Part shown: positions 61,561-64,000 of the stretch, in pieces | Layout: each line of letters opens with the position of its first letter | Numbering within the stretch: the stretch's first letter is position 1 | DNA from: Squalus acanthias | Taxonomy: Eukaryota | Reading direction: 5' to 3' | Length of the DNA stretch: 64,000 bases | Assembly (NCBI GenBank): GCA_030390025.1 | Contig: CM059431.1 | Coordinates: forward strand, 103,542,001 to 103,606,000 | Made by a program: the position numbers and the translations under genes | The notes under the pieces: generated by a model | What the model was told of the DNA's origin: nothing | What the model saw: only the letters and a program-made list of their open reading frames with translations | Database searches by the model: none

Positions 61561-61827
61561 CCTCTGAATAAGATGTTAAACGGAGGTCCCTCGCTGACTA
61601 TAGAAACCCCATTTTTGCATTCGTTTTTTTTCTGTCAAATACCGCCAGTTGTAGTCTAATCGAGGAGGCAACAAGTCATCCAGTGGTCTGATATTACACT
61701 TAACCGCACAAAACAGAAAGACGAACCATCAATGTCCACACAACAAGAATAACGGCTTGCATTTAAATAGCGTTTAAAGGAGCAATAAGATTGATGTTGC
61801 TTATAGTGCAATTATATCACCAATTAT

Positions 61828-62186
61828 AGAACATAAGAACATAAGACATAGGAGCAGGAGTCGGTCATTTGGCCCCTCGAGCCTGCTCCGCCATTCAATA
61901 AGATCATGGCTGATCTGATCTTGGCCTCAACTCCACTTCCCTGCCCGCTCCCCATAACCCTTGACTCCCTTACCGTCTATCTCCACCTTAAATATATTCA
62001 ATGACCCCGCCTCCACAGCTCTCTGGGGAAGAGAATTCCAAAGATTCACGACCCTCTGAGAGAAGAAATTCCTCCTAATTTCCGATTTAAAAGGGTGACC
62101 CCTTATTCTGAAATTATGCCCCCTAGTTCTAGATTCCCCCACGAAGGGAAACATCCTCTCTGCATCTACCCTGTCAAGCCCCTTCA
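61828..62186 (-). mobile_element. CR1 LINE 3' fragment
   Basis: ORF 61927-62187 and (acataaga)n tail; same family as 19328-19830. Confidence 0.93.
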
Positions 62187-62234
62187 ATTTTAGCTATGAT
62201 TTGTATTTAGAACCAATGATTAATTTCCAACCAG

Positions 62235-62490
62235 AACAACTCGTATTTCTATAACGCCTGTAATGTAGTAAAATGTCCCAACGCACTTCACAGGAGTGTT
62301 ATCAAACAAAATTTGACACCAAGTCACATACGGAGATATTAGGACTCTTGGTTAAAGAGGTAGGTTTTAAGCAGCGTCTTAAAGGAGGAGAGAGCAGTAG
62401 AGAGGCGGAGAGGCTTAGGGAGGGAATTCCAGAGCTTAGGGCCCAGGCAGCCGAAGGCACGGCCGGCAATGGTGGAGCGATGAAAATTGG
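62235..62490 (-). mobile_element. L2 LINE 3' end
   Basis: FHRSTIAGRAFGCLGPKLWNSLP..FKTLLKTYLF. Confidence 0.88.
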
Positions 62491-63639
62491 CGGGGGCGGG
62501 GGTGGGGGGTGGGGGGTGGGGCGGTGCACAAGAGACCAGATTTGGAAGAGCGGCAGAGCGCTCGGAGATAAAGCTACAAACACAATAACTGTAACCAAAT
62601 AGCATCAGTAACCTGAATAGATAATGACAGCCCGTTCTGGAATAGAAGATAACACCGTTTTCACCGATTCCACTGACAAAGAACAACAGGCTATATAGCC
62701 CTGTGAAATTGGCCATTTTTATTCTCCCCCCCCACACCCCCCCCCCACATTTTCATCTAGAGAATGGGTACAGTTTCGAACACCAATGGTCTTAATCTTG
62801 AACTCCACCAAATAAAACCACCCTCTTGTATGAAAGGATAAATGTTCTGAGAATGCAAAAAAAAAAACGTCAATGTCGAGACGTATGTAAATCACTCGGA
62901 TCAGGGCAATGCACAAGTTAGCTCTGTAATATAATTCAAAAATTATTCAACCAAAAATAATCCTTTCATTCTGGGAGGTTGAACAATAAATAACTCAATA
63001 AGCTGATCACAGACTTGAATTATTTATGGCCTGCTAATCATCCATCTCTGCTGTGGTATTGGAATATACTCTCAGATTGACAGCACTCTAAATGTTAATT
63101 AATGCCATTTTATAATAGCTTTTGGGTATCATTGGTACCACGCTGGATTAATTTAAAATCACTCATCTTTGGAAACTGTTGTCACCAGGATGCCATAAAT
63201 GTGCAATTTAGGATTTCAATCTCATTAGATACCAGCCGTTCCACGGGCAAAACCTAAACATAAAGGACGTGTTTTTAATGTTTCAATGTGGCTCACCGTT
63301 CGTCCAATAAAATGCCCTTAGCTCACATTTTGAATCGTATTTTATCATCATTTTATGTAAATGCCTAATGTAAAACAATAAATGGGAAGTGATATAACTG
63401 GGAAAGTAATTCTGAAGATTTCCATAATCTCAAACTACCGCGTGAAAGCACGGTTAAACTGGATGGTGCCGGTTGGACCAGCCATATTAAGTCCTCTGCT
63501 TTCTTTTTGCCTTGTCTCACCTCTCCAAAAGATTATATTTTTGGTTCTCTGTGGAATTGTCTGTTTTCAACCTGTCATGTTTCCTTGCATACATATATTT
63601 GTTTAGCAGAAGATCTTCTCTTGTCTGCCTCTTACAAAG

Positions 63640-64000
63640 AATAGAGAGGTACCACCAACGCTGCCTCCGCAAGATCCTGCAAATCCATTGGCAGGATAGG
63701 CGCACCAATGTCAGTGTTCTCGCTCAGGCCAACATCCCCAGCATCGAAGCTTTGACCACACTCGATCGCTCCGATGGATGGGCCACATCGTCCGCATGCC
63801 CGATACGAGACTCCCAAAACAAGTGCTCTACTCGGAGCTCCAACACGGCAAGAGAACCCCAGGTGGGCAGAGGAAACGCTTCAAGGACACCCTCAAAGCT
63901 TCCTTGAAAAAGTGCAACATCCCCACCGACACCTGGGAATCCCTGGCCCAAGGCCGCACAAAGTGGAGGAGAAGCATCTGGGAAGGCGCCGAACATCTCG
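63640..64000 (+). mobile_element. RTE-clade (BovB-like) LINE C-terminal fragment, runs off window
   Basis: ERYHQRCLRKILQIHWQDRRTNVSVL..SIEA, frameshift, WMGHIVRMPDTRLPKQVLYSEL..GGQRKRFKDTLK. Confidence 0.88.

Overview
Repeat-dense vertebrate non-coding DNA, very probably from a cartilaginous fish (shark). This is inferred from SacSINE1-like Deu-SINEs, CR1 LINEs with (ACATAAGA)n tails and Penelope-associated repeats. No host protein-coding gene, tRNA/rRNA gene or CRISPR array could be supported. Every ORF I could recognise is transposon-derived: CR1, L2, RTE and Vingi-like reverse-transcriptase ORF fragments, a Gypsy RNaseH/integrase, and a Harbinger Myb-like domain. The long ORFs at 2.9-5.0 kb and 23.6-24.3 kb are microsatellite artefacts. 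The window holds about 18 Deu-SINE pieces, about 20 LINE pieces, several Harbinger-type and hAT-type MITE families, two solo LTRs, Penelope-like fragments and four tandem or low-complexity arrays. I cannot claim a demonstrably new biological system. The most interesting signals are: a minimal hammerhead ribozyme; a perfect 79-bp-arm Penelope palindrome with a 14-bp TSD; MITE hairpins that co-vary between copies and carry clustered splice donors; a young CR1 subfamily with a duplicated 3' module; an unclassified ~1 kb repeat with a near-invariant core; and a four-element nested insertion. Family names come from recognition by eye. Boundaries of degenerate elements are approximate (about +/-20 bp); TIR/TSD-defined boundaries were counted directly.
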